Shown here: piece by piece, positions 19,986-29,297 of the stretch
How positions within the stretch are numbered: position 1 is the stretch's first letter
Layout of the letters: each line of letters opens with the position of its first letter
Virus record (IMG/VR): IMGVR_UViG_3300046779_001841
Span: 128,001-192,000 of that record
Strand: one strand, 5' to 3'
From: a virus
Taxonomy: Duplodnaviria > Caudoviricetes
DNA length: 64,000 nucleotides
Notes under the pieces: model-generated
What the model was told of the DNA's origin: nothing
The model's database searches: none
What the model saw: the letters and a program-made list of their open reading frames with translations, nothing else
Position numbers and translations under genes: made by a program

Positions 19986-21095
19986 TTATTTAAGATCTTG
20001 AATTTTATTTTTCACTAAGCCAGTATATCCCACTTGATTTTCTGCTATCGGTAATTCTTTTTCTAAACTTAATGATTTCCCATAAGACATTAATGGTGCT
20101 ATCAATGGAATGTGCATAAACCAATCCACCTGCAATGTTGTTGATACACTCGCAGTATAAAAATAATCATCTCCATTCTCATCATATACTTCTTCACTCT
20201 CACCACCTAAACTTACTTCATTCATATTAATTCCTCTTGATGCAAGTTGATCTCTTAATACTGCCCACATCCAAACTACTGTTCGATCTGCTAAATCTGC
20301 TTGTGAATGTACATCTCTTGCTATAATTTCTATTTCTACAGATACATCCCATCTACCACCATATTCTTTATAAATATCATCAGCTTCATCCAGCACTACG
20401 ATTGCTTGTTGATCACCACCTCTTAATCGTCTACCAAAATATATTAAAACACCAGGAATAATTTTATGATAGACTTGATCGGGTCTTACATATTTAGGTT
20501 CGATTACATCTGTTTGTAGTTCGGTATATGTAATCTCAATGCTAAGACCATTTAATAATTCATCTGCCAACTCAATGATATTTCCATTTAAAGTATAGTC
20601 TACACCTTCAACATATCTAGTGTAAGATGGTTTCTCAATAATTCTTAAACTATTCTCTACAGGTGTGCCAAGTAATTGGATTTCATTTGCACCTATAAAA
20701 ACAGGTTCTGTTTCTTTTACTCTTTTATATTTAGTCATATCTACTCGATAGATTTCATACTGATCTTCCATCTTTGTTATATCTAAAATATAGATACCTT
20801 CATCTGGTTTAAAATTTGGATTTTCTTTAACCCATTCAATCGAACCATATTCAAGTTTTTTAGTTTTTGCTAGATAGACATAACCACGAACTGTGGATAA
20901 ATAATTATCTGCACTAAGCACAACATTACTCGCACCACCTGTTTTAATGACCATACCAAATTGTGGTCTTTGGTCGAAACTATATTTGCCTTGAATATTA
21001 TTTGCAATTTCTGGGTATCTTGGGTGATCAGACCAATATTTTCTCAATTCTTCTATCATGAGATTACGAACTTCTAGTGTTAAATAATGAAACAT
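19986..21095 (-). CDS. Putative tail completion/terminator-like structural protein
   Basis: 369 aa, upstream of the sheath in the same operon. C-terminal beta-rich segment (WDVSVEIEIIARD...YFYTASVSTTLQVDW). Assignment rests mainly on synteny. Confidence 0.5.
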   Translation of the reverse strand: MFHYLTLEVRNLMIEELRKYWSDHPRYPEIANNIQGKYSFDQRPQFGMVIKTGGASNVVLSADNYLSTVRGYVYLAKTKKLEYGSIEWVKENPNFKPDEGIYILDITKMEDQYEIYRVDMTKYKRVKETEPVFIGANEIQLLGTPVENSLRIIEKPSYTRYVEGVDYTLNGNIIELADELLNGLSIEITYTELQTDVIEPKYVRPDQVYHKIIPGVLIYFGRRLRGGDQQAIVVLDEADDIYKEYGGRWDVSVEIEIIARDVHSQADLADRTVVWMWAVLRDQLASRGINMNEVSLGGESEEVYDENGDDYFYTASVSTTLQVDWFMHIPLIAPLMSYGKSLSLEKELPIAENQVGYTGLVKNKIQDLK

Positions 21096-21137
21096 CTTTA
21101 TTTACTCTTTCTTTTTTGGAATATACTTTTAATCACT

Positions 21138-21734
21138 TCATCTATTATCTTGTCTACCATCTTCAGCACTCCTTGTTGTTAATGCTTTAAATCTTATTTG
21201 TTTTCTTTTACTTTGGAGCATCAGCTTTTTTTTATCAAGCATTTCTTGACCAGTCATTTTTTCATAAGTTAAAATTGTAGTTGCCTGCATGACTGCACGA
21301 TCAATCGCTTTTTCTATCCATGAGTATTTTACAACAGCTGGGTGTATCCAAGATTTTTCTGTTACTAATGGCAATGTTCTAAACTCAATTTCACCATTTC
21401 TATTTTTAACAGGTATGGCTTGTCTTGGTTTATTTCTTTCTGTTTTAAGCCAGTGCATAGGATAAGCAGGTTTGTTTCTTAAATGATACTTGATATGTTG
21501 CCATGTAGAATATAATACAATATCACCATTATCTTTTATCTGTACACCAAAAGAATAAATAAACTCTTGTGTTTTAGGAACTGCACTAAATAATTGACCT
21601 GCTCTTTTAGCTTCTTCTCTAACTTCATTTAAAATCATTTCTGCGATAAATTGAATTTCTTTTCGTGTTTTGTCTTTGATAGGTTGTCTAAAGACAAATT
21701 GTTTTTTAAGTCTATCTACCATTTTAAAATGCAA
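21138..21734 (-). CDS. Putative neck/tail component, hypothetical
   Basis: Basic 198-aa ORF; the start may be ATG 21722; same operon as the tail genes. Confidence 0.5.
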   Translation of the reverse strand: MHFKMVDRLKKQFVFRQPIKDKTRKEIQFIAEMILNEVREEAKRAGQLFSAVPKTQEFIYSFGVQIKDNGDIVLYSTWQHIKYHLRNKPAYPMHWLKTERNKPRQAIPVKNRNGEIEFRTLPLVTEKSWIHPAVVKYSWIEKAIDRAVMQATTILTYEKMTGQEMLDKKKLMLQSKRKQIRFKALTTRSAEDGRQDNR

Positions 21735-21748
21735 TCTTAATAAATGTT

Positions 21749-21784
21749 CTTTAATAGAAACTTTAATAGAAACTTTAATAGAAA
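21749..21784. repeat. 12-bp perfect tandem repeat x3 (CTTTAATAGAAA)
   Basis: Directly visible; intergenic, upstream of the 21734 operon. Confidence 0.9.
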
Positions 21785-21824
21785 TTGGGATTATAGAAAT
21801 CGGTATTTGATCTTTTAAAAAAGA

Positions 21825-22154
21825 CTATCTATTATATAAATAGCTAAGATGTTCATCAAGTTCTTCAGTAATTCTTTCTGTCTTACCCAACAAACTGCTA
21901 ATTTCAACAAGTACTTCGAGCAGAGGTCTTCTTAACTTATTCAAAGAATCTACAAGTTGAGCATTTCCTGTTCTTTTAGCTTCTCTAATAAGAACATCAA
22001 GCGCACTAATTTCTTCCTCAAGTGCGGTATCCAAAAGGTTAAAAGTACTTTGGACTTCATCTGAAGAGGTTGCTAGTCGGTCTAAAACACTTGGTGATAT
22101 GATTGATGCTTTTTTAAGCAAAGAAGCCAAACGACTTAATCTTTGTGAATACAT
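21825..22154 (-). CDS. Small helical protein with RLAS...KKAS leader
   Basis: MYSQRLSRLASLLKKAS followed by a heptad helical hairpin. Confidence 0.8.
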   Translation of the reverse strand: MYSQRLSRLASLLKKASIISPSVLDRLATSSDEVQSTFNLLDTALEEEISALDVLIREAKRTGNAQLVDSLNKLRRPLLEVLVEISSLLGKTERITEELDEHLSYLYNR

Positions 22155-22171
22155 GGTAGTTTCTCTTTTTG

Positions 22172-22537
22172 TTAAAACTGTCCGATTTCGCCTAATTCAT
22201 TACATTCTTCATAAATATGTGCGGCCAAAAATTCTGATTTCTTAACAAGATTTTGAAGTTGGTATGAAACTTGTTGCAATTCTTGTTTAATCTGATTTAA
22301 CTGGTAAACATCTTCACGATGTTCAGCTTGATCCATCACTTCTTCAAGTGCATCTTGTTGTTCCATTGCCAAATTAAATAAATCACCAATAGCATCAACA
22401 AAAGCACTTGTAGTGTTATGTAATTCTTCTAAACTCTTCTCAGAAAACATAGGTGATGCTTTTTTGCTTCTTAAAGAAGCCAAACGATTTTGTCTTAAAG
22501 AAGCCAAACGGCTTTGTCTTTGTCTTTGTGAATACAT
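22172..22537 (-). CDS. Small helical protein with duplicated RLASLR leader
   Basis: MYSQRQRQSRLASLRQNRLASLRSKKAS; GGAG SD. Confidence 0.8.
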   Translation of the reverse strand: MYSQRQRQSRLASLRQNRLASLRSKKASPMFSEKSLEELHNTTSAFVDAIGDLFNLAMEQQDALEEVMDQAEHREDVYQLNQIKQELQQVSYQLQNLVKKSEFLAAHIYEECNELGEIGQF

Positions 22538-22616
22538 AATAGTATCTCCATTTGTTTGTTAAAGTTTTAAGTTTATTAAACTCATCTCAATAAAAGATTA
22601 TAAATAAACTATAATC

Positions 22617-23105
22617 TTATTTTGAATATGGAGAACCTACAAAAATAGGTGCAAGACTTCCATATTTATCTTCAAAATCTCTTAAATCATCAAGAGCAGG
22701 AATGTTCCCATACAAGATTTCTCTTTCACCTTCGGAAGCATCAAAAAAATCTTCTCCTTCAGTCATCAATTCTATCACCTGTTGAATATATTCTGGGAAT
22801 CCTCTTTCAAGCATCTCAAGAAAACCTTCTCCTACCTTAAATGCCTGACTCTTCTTATCCTTCATAGAACTCAAAAGTTTAACTGTCTTAGCTTTTGTCA
22901 TGGCTATTTCTTTTAGCCATTCAGGTTTTGCTTTTACTATAAACTGGTCTGAGAAATTATCACTTCTTAAATTCTCCACTAATCCCCAAATTTGCAGAAG
23001 TTTGTCATCATCACCAGATGGCATTACAGAAGATTTTCTTAAAGAAGCTAAACGGCTTTTTCTTAAAGAAGACAAACGGCTTAATCTTTGTCTTTGTGTA
23101 AACAT
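22617..23105 (-). CDS. Leader-bearing small protein (paralog of 23892..24353)
   Basis: MFTQRQRLSRLSSLRKSRLASLRKSSVMPSGD; GGAG SD. Confidence 0.8.
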   Translation of the reverse strand: MFTQRQRLSRLSSLRKSRLASLRKSSVMPSGDDDKLLQIWGLVENLRSDNFSDQFIVKAKPEWLKEIAMTKAKTVKLLSSMKDKKSQAFKVGEGFLEMLERGFPEYIQQVIELMTEGEDFFDASEGEREILYGNIPALDDLRDFEDKYGSLAPIFVGSPYSK

Positions 23106-23193
23106 GGTAGTTTCTCCATTTGTAAAAAAAGTTTTAAGTTTATTAAACTCATCTTAATAAAAGAATATCAATAAACTATTGATGCGAATGTTT
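23001..23193. repeat. About 190-bp direct repeat, copy 1 (leader coding + SD + upstream motif)
   Basis: Near-identical to 24249..24439 by visual alignment. Confidence 0.9.
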
Positions 23194-23195
23194 AA

Positions 23196-23225
23196 TAATA
23201 ATAGTTTATAGATAAACTATTATTA
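23196..23225. promoter_or_regulatory. Perfect 14-bp inverted repeat of the ATAGTTTAT motif between divergent genes
   Basis: TAATAATAGTTTAT-AG-ATAAACTATTATTA, checked base by base. Confidence 0.75.
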
Positions 23226-23261
23226 AGATATATTGTCTTTACACAAAAGGATCACTAAAAA

Positions 23262-23768
23262 ATGATTAATCAAAAATTAGCTTCTCTTGAAGCAAGAATT
23301 ACTAGACTTGAATCAAGTCTTAATCAAAAACAAGCATCTTGGATGTCATCACCAGGTTCAAAACATGAACAATTTTTAGACATGAAAAATGATTTTCTTA
23401 GCAATATTGATGTTAAGAAAATTAAAGACATTCTCAATATGAAAACTAAAAAATATGATCTTGAATTTGTTCTTGGATCAACAGGTGAAGATGGTCGTTT
23501 TTCAGTAGAGCAATTTAAAATTGTATGTAAGAATTTAGAAGGCACTAAATTTTACCCACCTATCTATTTTGAATTTTCTTTTACTGTTGAAGAAGAAGAA
23601 TTGTTTTTTCATGCAGGTGCTTGGTTGCCAAAAAATAGATCTAAACTTTCACCTGATGCTGAAGATGGTTTATCCTTTTCCTATACAAAAAAAGTTAATG
23701 TTAATGTAGAAGTAGTAGATTTTCTTGTTGATTGGATTGACCAAATTAAGATGGACTATCCATATTAA
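23262..23768 (+). CDS. Small protein with QKLASLEARITRLE...KQAS leader
   Basis: 168 aa; upstream TTTACACAAAAGGAT is identical to that of the 24536 gene. Confidence 0.8.
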   Translation: MINQKLASLEARITRLESSLNQKQASWMSSPGSKHEQFLDMKNDFLSNIDVKKIKDILNMKTKKYDLEFVLGSTGEDGRFSVEQFKIVCKNLEGTKFYPPIYFEFSFTVEEEELFFHAGAWLPKNRSKLSPDAEDGLSFSYTKKVNVNVEVVDFLVDWIDQIKMDYPY

Positions 23769-23891
23769 TTTTATCCTTCTCATTCTCATAAACAACAATC
23801 TTTTTGAATGATGGATATAGATAAGTATCCTAAAAGTCATGAAGAAAATATTTTAAAAGATGCTCGTGAATTTATTAAAAACAAAACAGGA

Positions 23892-24353
23892 TTATAACTT
23901 TAAATTAAACTTTCTTGCAAGGTCATCTAAATAATCATACACATCAGGGTCATAAGAAAAAACCAATGGTTCGTGCATCTCAAAACGGAGTTCTCTTCCC
24001 TCATCCAGACTAGAGGTCAAATCATTAATATAATATGGCCATTCATTTTCAAGAACCTCAAGAAGAATTTTAGCGGCCTTAAATTCTTCACCATTCTTAT
24101 CTTCAATAGTTCCCATAACTTTCATCGCATAAGATTTTACATTAGCCATTTTTTTAAGAAATTCGGGTTTTGGCTTTATAGTAAAAGCATCTGAGAATTT
24201 TTCAATACTATTTTCAAGACCATTGACTTGTGCAAAAATTTTCAGAACTTTGTCTTCATCACCAGATGGCATTAAAGAAGATTTTCTTAAAGAAGCTAAA
24301 CGGCTTTTTCTTAAAGAAGCCATACGGCTTAATCTTTGTCTTTGTGTAAACAT
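23892..24353 (-). CDS. Leader-bearing small protein (paralog of 22617..23105)
   Basis: MFTQRQRLSRMASLRKSRLASLRKSSLMPSGD. Confidence 0.8.
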   Translation of the reverse strand: MFTQRQRLSRMASLRKSRLASLRKSSLMPSGDEDKVLKIFAQVNGLENSIEKFSDAFTIKPKPEFLKKMANVKSYAMKVMGTIEDKNGEEFKAAKILLEVLENEWPYYINDLTSSLDEGRELRFEMHEPLVFSYDPDVYDYLDDLARKFNLKL

Positions 24354-24439
24354 AATAGTTTCTCCATTTGTTAAAAAAGTTTTAGTTTATTAAACTCATC
24401 TATAAATAGACTATAAATAAACTATTGATGCGAATGTTT
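24249..24439. repeat. About 190-bp direct repeat, copy 2
   Basis: Matches 23001..23193. Confidence 0.9.
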
Positions 24440-24535
24440 TAATAGTTTAGCTTTATATTGAAGTTTAAGGTTTCAATAGTTTATTTATAATTTTTCTTTA
24501 TAGAAAACTTGTTTTTACACAAAAGGATAATCAAA

Positions 24536-24955
24536 ATGATTAGTCAAAAAATCGCTTCTTTAGAAGCTCGTATTGCTAGACTCGAAGGTCGCAATAAAAA
24601 TGCTGGGTTTGGGGGGGGTTTAAATCTTAAGATTGTAGCATCAAATCTTACTAAGATTCAAGATTGGATGTATGAACCTGTAGAAGTTTTTGGTGACACA
24701 TTAGAAACTCATAATTATTTTAAACAAGCCCCAGATGATGCTTATTCTTGGACTTTTAAAATTTCTCAAGAATCCGAATTAATTTATATTGACTATGAAG
24801 GGATTCCTAAAGGGGTTAATCGTAAATATCGTGGTGAAGAAACTATTTCTACTTACGATGTAAGTGGTGATCTTAATAAATATGTGGCAAGGTATATTAA
24901 AGATGAAATTATGAACTTGAATGCACAGGGACGGAGATTACTGAGTCGGAGATAA
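24536..24955 (+). CDS. Small protein with QKIASLEARIARLE...KNAG leader
   Basis: Start reassigned from TTG 24509 to ATG 24536 (AAAGGA SD); the cargo does not align with that of the 23262 gene by eye. Confidence 0.8.
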   Translation: MISQKIASLEARIARLEGRNKNAGFGGGLNLKIVASNLTKIQDWMYEPVEVFGDTLETHNYFKQAPDDAYSWTFKISQESELIYIDYEGIPKGVNRKYRGEETISTYDVSGDLNKYVARYIKDEIMNLNAQGRRLLSRR

Positions 24956-24957
24956 TT

Positions 24958-26325
24958 TTATCCACCATGATTATGATTTTCCCATACTGCTGTTCTCCCT
25001 CTTAATTCATGATTGGCTGATACTTCAGCTTTCTCACTCATCATTGGTATCGCATTATCTGTTTGTGTTGAATATGGTGCATCATTTCTTGCAGAATATG
25101 TATCTCTTATTGTTTGATATGTATATCTTGTCTTATGCCATAACACTGGAACTCCATCCATTGGTACAGAATATCTTATATCTGCAGGTTCAAAATATGC
25201 TAAATTAAAATGTTGTTGCAATACATTTCCTCTTGCATTTGGTCTTCTTACGGGTCCTAGACTATATCGGTCATTATTCTGTTTCACTATAAAATCTCTT
25301 TGACTTACGATTGGACTGGGACCAATATACACTTCATACGAATGTTCTTTTCTCCTACCTTGTGTTGCTTGACTTATTCTTCTTTCTGCATCATCTGGTG
25401 CTACTATTATATCATAGGGACCATCATATCCACCTATCAATCCAGTGCCAAAACATCTTATACATCTTGAATCAGGTTGCTTTCCATATTCTAATGTATA
25501 CCTATTAAATGCTCCACACTCGCATGGCTGTCCAACCACTTTCTTTAAAAACAATCTTACTCTTTCTCCACCTTGTTCTAAAGCCCACTGATTTCTTCTC
25601 ACACCTTCCCTCCACATCCAATCTACTTTTTCAATTTCTATATCACTAAATGGTTGTGTGTAATCTAATGGACTTTCATGTAAAGCACCTGTTGTAGGAT
25701 CTTCTGCAACAGTGGTTACACGATAATATGTTTTTTTATCTATGATAGAAGAAATTTTGCCTTCTGGTAAATAAGATAAATATGTACAAGTCACAACACT
25801 GGTATTTGGATCAAAGACTAATTGAATATCATTCATTAATGTAATGACATTAGTGGTTGCACCTTGTCTTAATACAATTTCACCTGTTTGTCCAAACACA
25901 CTTGCTGGATATGCAACTTGACCATCTATTTTAACAATCACATCTCTATATGATGTAGATGGTTCTATTGCACTACCTATTCTTGCGATTGGTCTTGCAG
26001 TTTTAAAACGATATGCACCATCTGCATTACTGCCTATGCTTATCCAATTTGTTATCACTTCATCAAAAATCATTTCAGTGATATTTGTATCTCTATAAAA
26101 AGTTGCACTGACTGGTTGTTGATTTATTCTTTGATAGGGTCCACGATCAGATGTGTTTGATCTATATATATTGACACCACGAATAATCCATCCTTCATTT
26201 TCATGTATAAAAGAAGGACTATCCCAGCGAAGATCAATCGCACCTTTAAGAAAAGGTGAATTTGCAGATGTATTTCTTGGAGGCATTGGATAAGGTGATC
26301 TTGAATATTCCCAGCCAGCAGTCAT
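24958..26325 (-). CDS. Putative head-completion/neck protein with FN3-like N-terminus and zinc motif
   Basis: LRWD.P....GVNIYRS...YQRIN (FN3-like), then GERV.LF.K...G.PCEC...PDSRC..CFGTG..GGY.GP, a pattern I associate with neck/head-closure proteins of large phages. Confidence 0.6.
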   Translation of the reverse strand: MTAGWEYSRSPYPMPPRNTSANSPFLKGAIDLRWDSPSFIHENEGWIIRGVNIYRSNTSDRGPYQRINQQPVSATFYRDTNITEMIFDEVITNWISIGSNADGAYRFKTARPIARIGSAIEPSTSYRDVIVKIDGQVAYPASVFGQTGEIVLRQGATTNVITLMNDIQLVFDPNTSVVTCTYLSYLPEGKISSIIDKKTYYRVTTVAEDPTTGALHESPLDYTQPFSDIEIEKVDWMWREGVRRNQWALEQGGERVRLFLKKVVGQPCECGAFNRYTLEYGKQPDSRCIRCFGTGLIGGYDGPYDIIVAPDDAERRISQATQGRRKEHSYEVYIGPSPIVSQRDFIVKQNNDRYSLGPVRRPNARGNVLQQHFNLAYFEPADIRYSVPMDGVPVLWHKTRYTYQTIRDTYSARNDAPYSTQTDNAIPMMSEKAEVSANHELRGRTAVWENHNHGG

Positions 26326-26383
26326 AATAAAAAACCTTTCTATATAGCATTATAGAAAGGTAAAAAATAGAAAGATTAAAAGT

Positions 26384-26803
26384 TTAATACCATGCAACCA
26401 ATTTCACATCTTCTACTTGAGAATAGAATTTGAAATACTTAACAATTTCTTCTATTTCTTCTACAGTATATTCACTAACATAACCATAAAAGTCATATTT
26501 ACTTGCAGTAGTCATTAATGCAGACCAAACATTATGATCTTTGAGATCATAAGATGCAAATTTGAGATATGCTTCTTTAATCTCATTTGCAGTGTGTTCA
26601 TTGAAAAGCCAAAGATCTTCATAATCTCTTGGATTTTCAAGTTCAAGACCAAGCATAGCTTGAATGATAGGAAAATAGTATTTGCCCCTCCATGCACCTT
26701 GTTCTGGCATACCCATAGATGCACAGACAAATGCAGTTAATGGTTCACCTGTATAATTAACAGGTTCATTTTTGGAATTTTGGAAAAAGTTATCAAGACC
26801 CAT
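26384..26803 (-). CDS. Hypothetical protein
   Basis: 139 aa; AAAGGA SD with CA-rich leader. Confidence 0.7.
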   Translation of the reverse strand: MGLDNFFQNSKNEPVNYTGEPLTAFVCASMGMPEQGAWRGKYYFPIIQAMLGLELENPRDYEDLWLFNEHTANEIKEAYLKFASYDLKDHNVWSALMTTASKYDFYGYVSEYTVEEIEEIVKYFKFYSQVEDVKLVAWY

Positions 26804-26859
26804 GATGTAAATCCTTTGTGTGTGTTGTTGTGTTTATTTTTTTTAAGTGAAAGAGTTTC

Positions 26860-27051
26860 TTACTTGTCTTCAGAATAGCCATCAAACCAAGCACCAACTT
26901 TATTGGTATATCTAATCTTCTCAGCACTTTGACAAGTTTTACTACTTGTTTCTGGATGATTACAATGTTCTTGAGCCTGTTCTAAAGTCAAGCCTCTTTT
27001 GATCACTCTTTTAGAGTTTGTTTTGTAAAAAAATCTTACTATGGAATACAT
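26860..27051 (-). CDS. Small hypothetical protein (GLTLEQAQEHC motif)
   Basis: Start reassigned to ATG 27051 (AAAGGA SD); the track's 5' extension simply runs through element copy 3. Confidence 0.7.
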   Translation of the reverse strand: MYSIVRFFYKTNSKRVIKRGLTLEQAQEHCNHPETSSKTCQSAEKIRYTNKVGAWFDGYSEDK

Positions 27052-27073
27052 AAATGTCCTTTTTTTAGGTTTA

Positions 27074-27122
27074 GTCGCTATCGACATAACTATAACACTT
27101 GTCACTTAGCAACCTTTGCAAC
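27074..27122 (-). promoter_or_regulatory. Conserved promoter/stem-loop element, copy 3
   Basis: GTTGCAAAGGTTGCTAAGTGACAAGTGTTATAGTTATGTCGATAGCGAC. Confidence 0.85.
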
Positions 27123-27127
27123 GAATG

Positions 27128-27490
27128 TTAAATTTTTTTTTCATACCATTCTTTAATCTGATCATTGATTTGATCAAAAGTGTCTGACACAACAAGAAGG
27201 TCGGTATTGTTTAGTGTTTCTAAGAATTTGGAAATGATAAAGACTTGGTTTTTAACATTAAGAAATTCTTTAAGTTCTGGTTTTTTCTTTGTGGTTTCAA
27301 ATGGTTCAAAAAGCACGGGTATAGATGAAAGATTTTCATCTTCAAAAAGTTGATCCATGTAATAGCAAATATAATCTATCATGCAGAGTTTAGTCGCATA
27401 TTGTAGAGAATGGCAATCATCAAATGGCATTACAATGTTGATCATTTCTCTTAGATTAAAAAGAATAAGGTATAATTTTTCATTCTTCAT
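27128..27490 (-). CDS. Hypothetical protein
   Basis: 120-aa ORF co-oriented in the island. Confidence 0.65.
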   Translation of the reverse strand: MKNEKLYLILFNLREMINIVMPFDDCHSLQYATKLCMIDYICYYMDQLFEDENLSSIPVLFEPFETTKKKPELKEFLNVKNQVFIISKFLETLNNTDLLVVSDTFDQINDQIKEWYEKKI

Positions 27491-27504
27491 AAATGTTTCT
27501 TTCT

Positions 27505-28074
27505 TTATTTATAAGTGTTCAAAGAACAAATATCATTCATAACTTCTCTTAAATCTTTTAAAGTCATGTGTTCATCTTCTGATGTATGGAAATATGGATT
27601 CATCTGTTTATCAAATGAATCTACAATTTCCCAAAGAGTTTCAGTCTGTTCTTCCATAGATGGGAATTCCAGATAGCTAAAACTTTCATATAAACATCTA
27701 ACTGCTTTTAAAATTTCTTTCTTTAGAGAAGGCAGTTTATAAAATTCTACTTGTGATGGATCAGTAATCAATGCAAGTAGTCTTTGAATTTCTTTGACTT
27801 CTTCTTTGGATGTTAAGAAAACTTTTTGTTTTTCTATGCTATCTTTTGAAATCTCTTTCAAAGAATCTATCAGATCTTCAATTTCATTGGAATTATCTGC
27901 AATCAAAGATAGCTTTTGAAAAAAATCACCATTATGGTCTTTATTGAGAACTTTTTGGATAGCATTTTTTAGGTTGGTTTCTACTGTATCAAAACTTTCT
28001 ACACATGAATCATGTTCAGAAATAACTTCTTTGATAGCAAGTAGTGTTTCTAAAATAAAAGATGTTGGTTTCAT
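27505..28074 (-). CDS. Helical hypothetical protein (MKPTSF paralog 1)
   Basis: Aligns end to end with 28163..28705. Confidence 0.75.
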   Translation of the reverse strand: MKPTSFILETLLAIKEVISEHDSCVESFDTVETNLKNAIQKVLNKDHNGDFFQKLSLIADNSNEIEDLIDSLKEISKDSIEKQKVFLTSKEEVKEIQRLLALITDPSQVEFYKLPSLKKEILKAVRCLYESFSYLEFPSMEEQTETLWEIVDSFDKQMNPYFHTSEDEHMTLKDLREVMNDICSLNTYK

Positions 28075-28098
28075 ATCTCATTTTCCTTTTTTGAGAGT

Positions 28099-28149
28099 TT
28101 GTCCTTAATGACAATTCTATAACACTTATCGTTGAGCAGTCTTTGCAAC
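28099..28149 (-). promoter_or_regulatory. Conserved promoter/stem-loop element, copy 4
   Basis: GTTGCAAAGACTGCTCAACGATAAGTGTTATAGAATTGTCATTAAGGACAA. Confidence 0.8.
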
Positions 28150-28162
28150 TCGCATGAAATTC

Positions 28163-28705
28163 TTATAAAGAAAGTTCATTCATAACTTCTCTTAGATTAT
28201 TTAAGGTTTGATGTTCATCTTCTGGATCAAAATCTTTTGATTTTTGATTTTCAAAACAATCTTTGATCTCATAGATACTTTGAGCATGGTCATTTAGATT
28301 TTCAAAATTTAGAATGTCTAAATTCTCATTTAGTGAAGATACTGCTTTAAAGATTTTTGTCTTTAATGCTTTATCAAGACTATAAAATTCTACTTCTGTT
28401 GTGCTGGATAAAAGTTTATTTATTCTGGCAATATCTTTTTTTGCACTCAAATAGATTTCTTGCTTATCCACACATTCTTGTGCAAGATCTATCAAATCTG
28501 ATATTCTTTCTTCTATACCAGAAATCTGTTTCTCTATGATAGATAGTTTCTCTAAAGATGAACCATTATGTTCTTTGGCAATTTCTTGTTGTACAAGATC
28601 TTTAAAATCTTTTTCAATTTCATCATTTGGTGAGAGATTGAAATGATGAAATACTAAGTCACTAAGACCAAGAAGAATTTCTAAAACAAAAGATGTTGGT
28701 TTCAT
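28163..28705 (-). CDS. Helical hypothetical protein (MKPTSF paralog 2)
   Basis: Shares MKPTSF.LE.LL, HNG, VEFY.L and EDEH.TL..LREVMN with paralog 1. Confidence 0.75.
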   Translation of the reverse strand: MKPTSFVLEILLGLSDLVFHHFNLSPNDEIEKDFKDLVQQEIAKEHNGSSLEKLSIIEKQISGIEERISDLIDLAQECVDKQEIYLSAKKDIARINKLLSSTTEVEFYSLDKALKTKIFKAVSSLNENLDILNFENLNDHAQSIYEIKDCFENQKSKDFDPEDEHQTLNNLREVMNELSL

Positions 28706-28736
28706 AGGTTTTTCCTTTTCTATGTATGTTGTGTTT

Positions 28737-29159
28737 TTATTTATTTAAGTAGTCATCCCAATCCATTGCAGGTAATATCTCAATTTTTTCTTTTGGTGGT
28801 TTAATCTTTAAAACTTTTTTGCTCCACTCACCTTTAAAAATATCCATTTGTTTTTCACTTAACACTCTACCACTTTTAAGTTGAGTAGTGATTGAATCAC
28901 AAAAATTTAAAAGCCATACAGACTTTGTTTTAGTTTTCAAAAGACTTATTTGATTTAAAAACTCTTGATCTACTTCTACAGGTTCTGGTGGGTTTAACAT
29001 ATTGTCCAATTTTCTGTTAAAGAGATTTATTTGTTTTTCACTTAAGGCTCTACCTGCATTTACTTGATCAAGTAGTGATTGCACAAAATTCTTTGTCCAA
29101 TCATCACTTGTTACCATCAAAAGAGCATTTGCATTATTTTTGAAATCTTGCATATTCAT
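28737..29159 (-). CDS. Hypothetical protein with two W..NF..S...Q...GR.LSEKQ repeats
   Basis: Internal duplication is visible in the translation. Confidence 0.75.
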   Translation of the reverse strand: MNMQDFKNNANALLMVTSDDWTKNFVQSLLDQVNAGRALSEKQINLFNRKLDNMLNPPEPVEVDQEFLNQISLLKTKTKSVWLLNFCDSITTQLKSGRVLSEKQMDIFKGEWSKKVLKIKPPKEKIEILPAMDWDDYLNK

Positions 29160-29184
29160 TTTTCAAATCCTTTTTTTAGGTTTA

Positions 29185-29233
29185 GTCATTATCGACATTC
29201 TTATAACACTTATGCTTAAGCTACCTTTGCAAC
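29185..29233 (-). promoter_or_regulatory. Conserved promoter/stem-loop element, copy 5
   Basis: GTTGCAAAGGTAGCTTAAGCATAAGTGTTATAAGAATGTCGATAATGAC. Confidence 0.85.
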
Positions 29234-29297
29234 CAAATGAAATTTTTTTTAAATAATTTTATTCTTTGTATCTACATAAGAAAGGCAGATAAAATAT

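Noticed and set aside
23808-23897. 29-aa ORF MMDIDKYPK... between convergent genes
   Set aside because: No SD, preceded by an in-frame stop, too short to support; possibly a gene remnant.
22599-24420. T4 late promoter TATAAATA
   Set aside because: Occurrences here lie on the non-coding strand of the adjacent genes; the consistent coding-strand motif is the reverse, ATAGTTTATTTATA.
21825-24440. CRISPR array or Tat signal peptides in the RLASLRK repeats
   Set aside because: The repeats are in-frame coding tandem units without unique spacers of regular length; there is no twin-arginine consensus or hydrophobic h-region.
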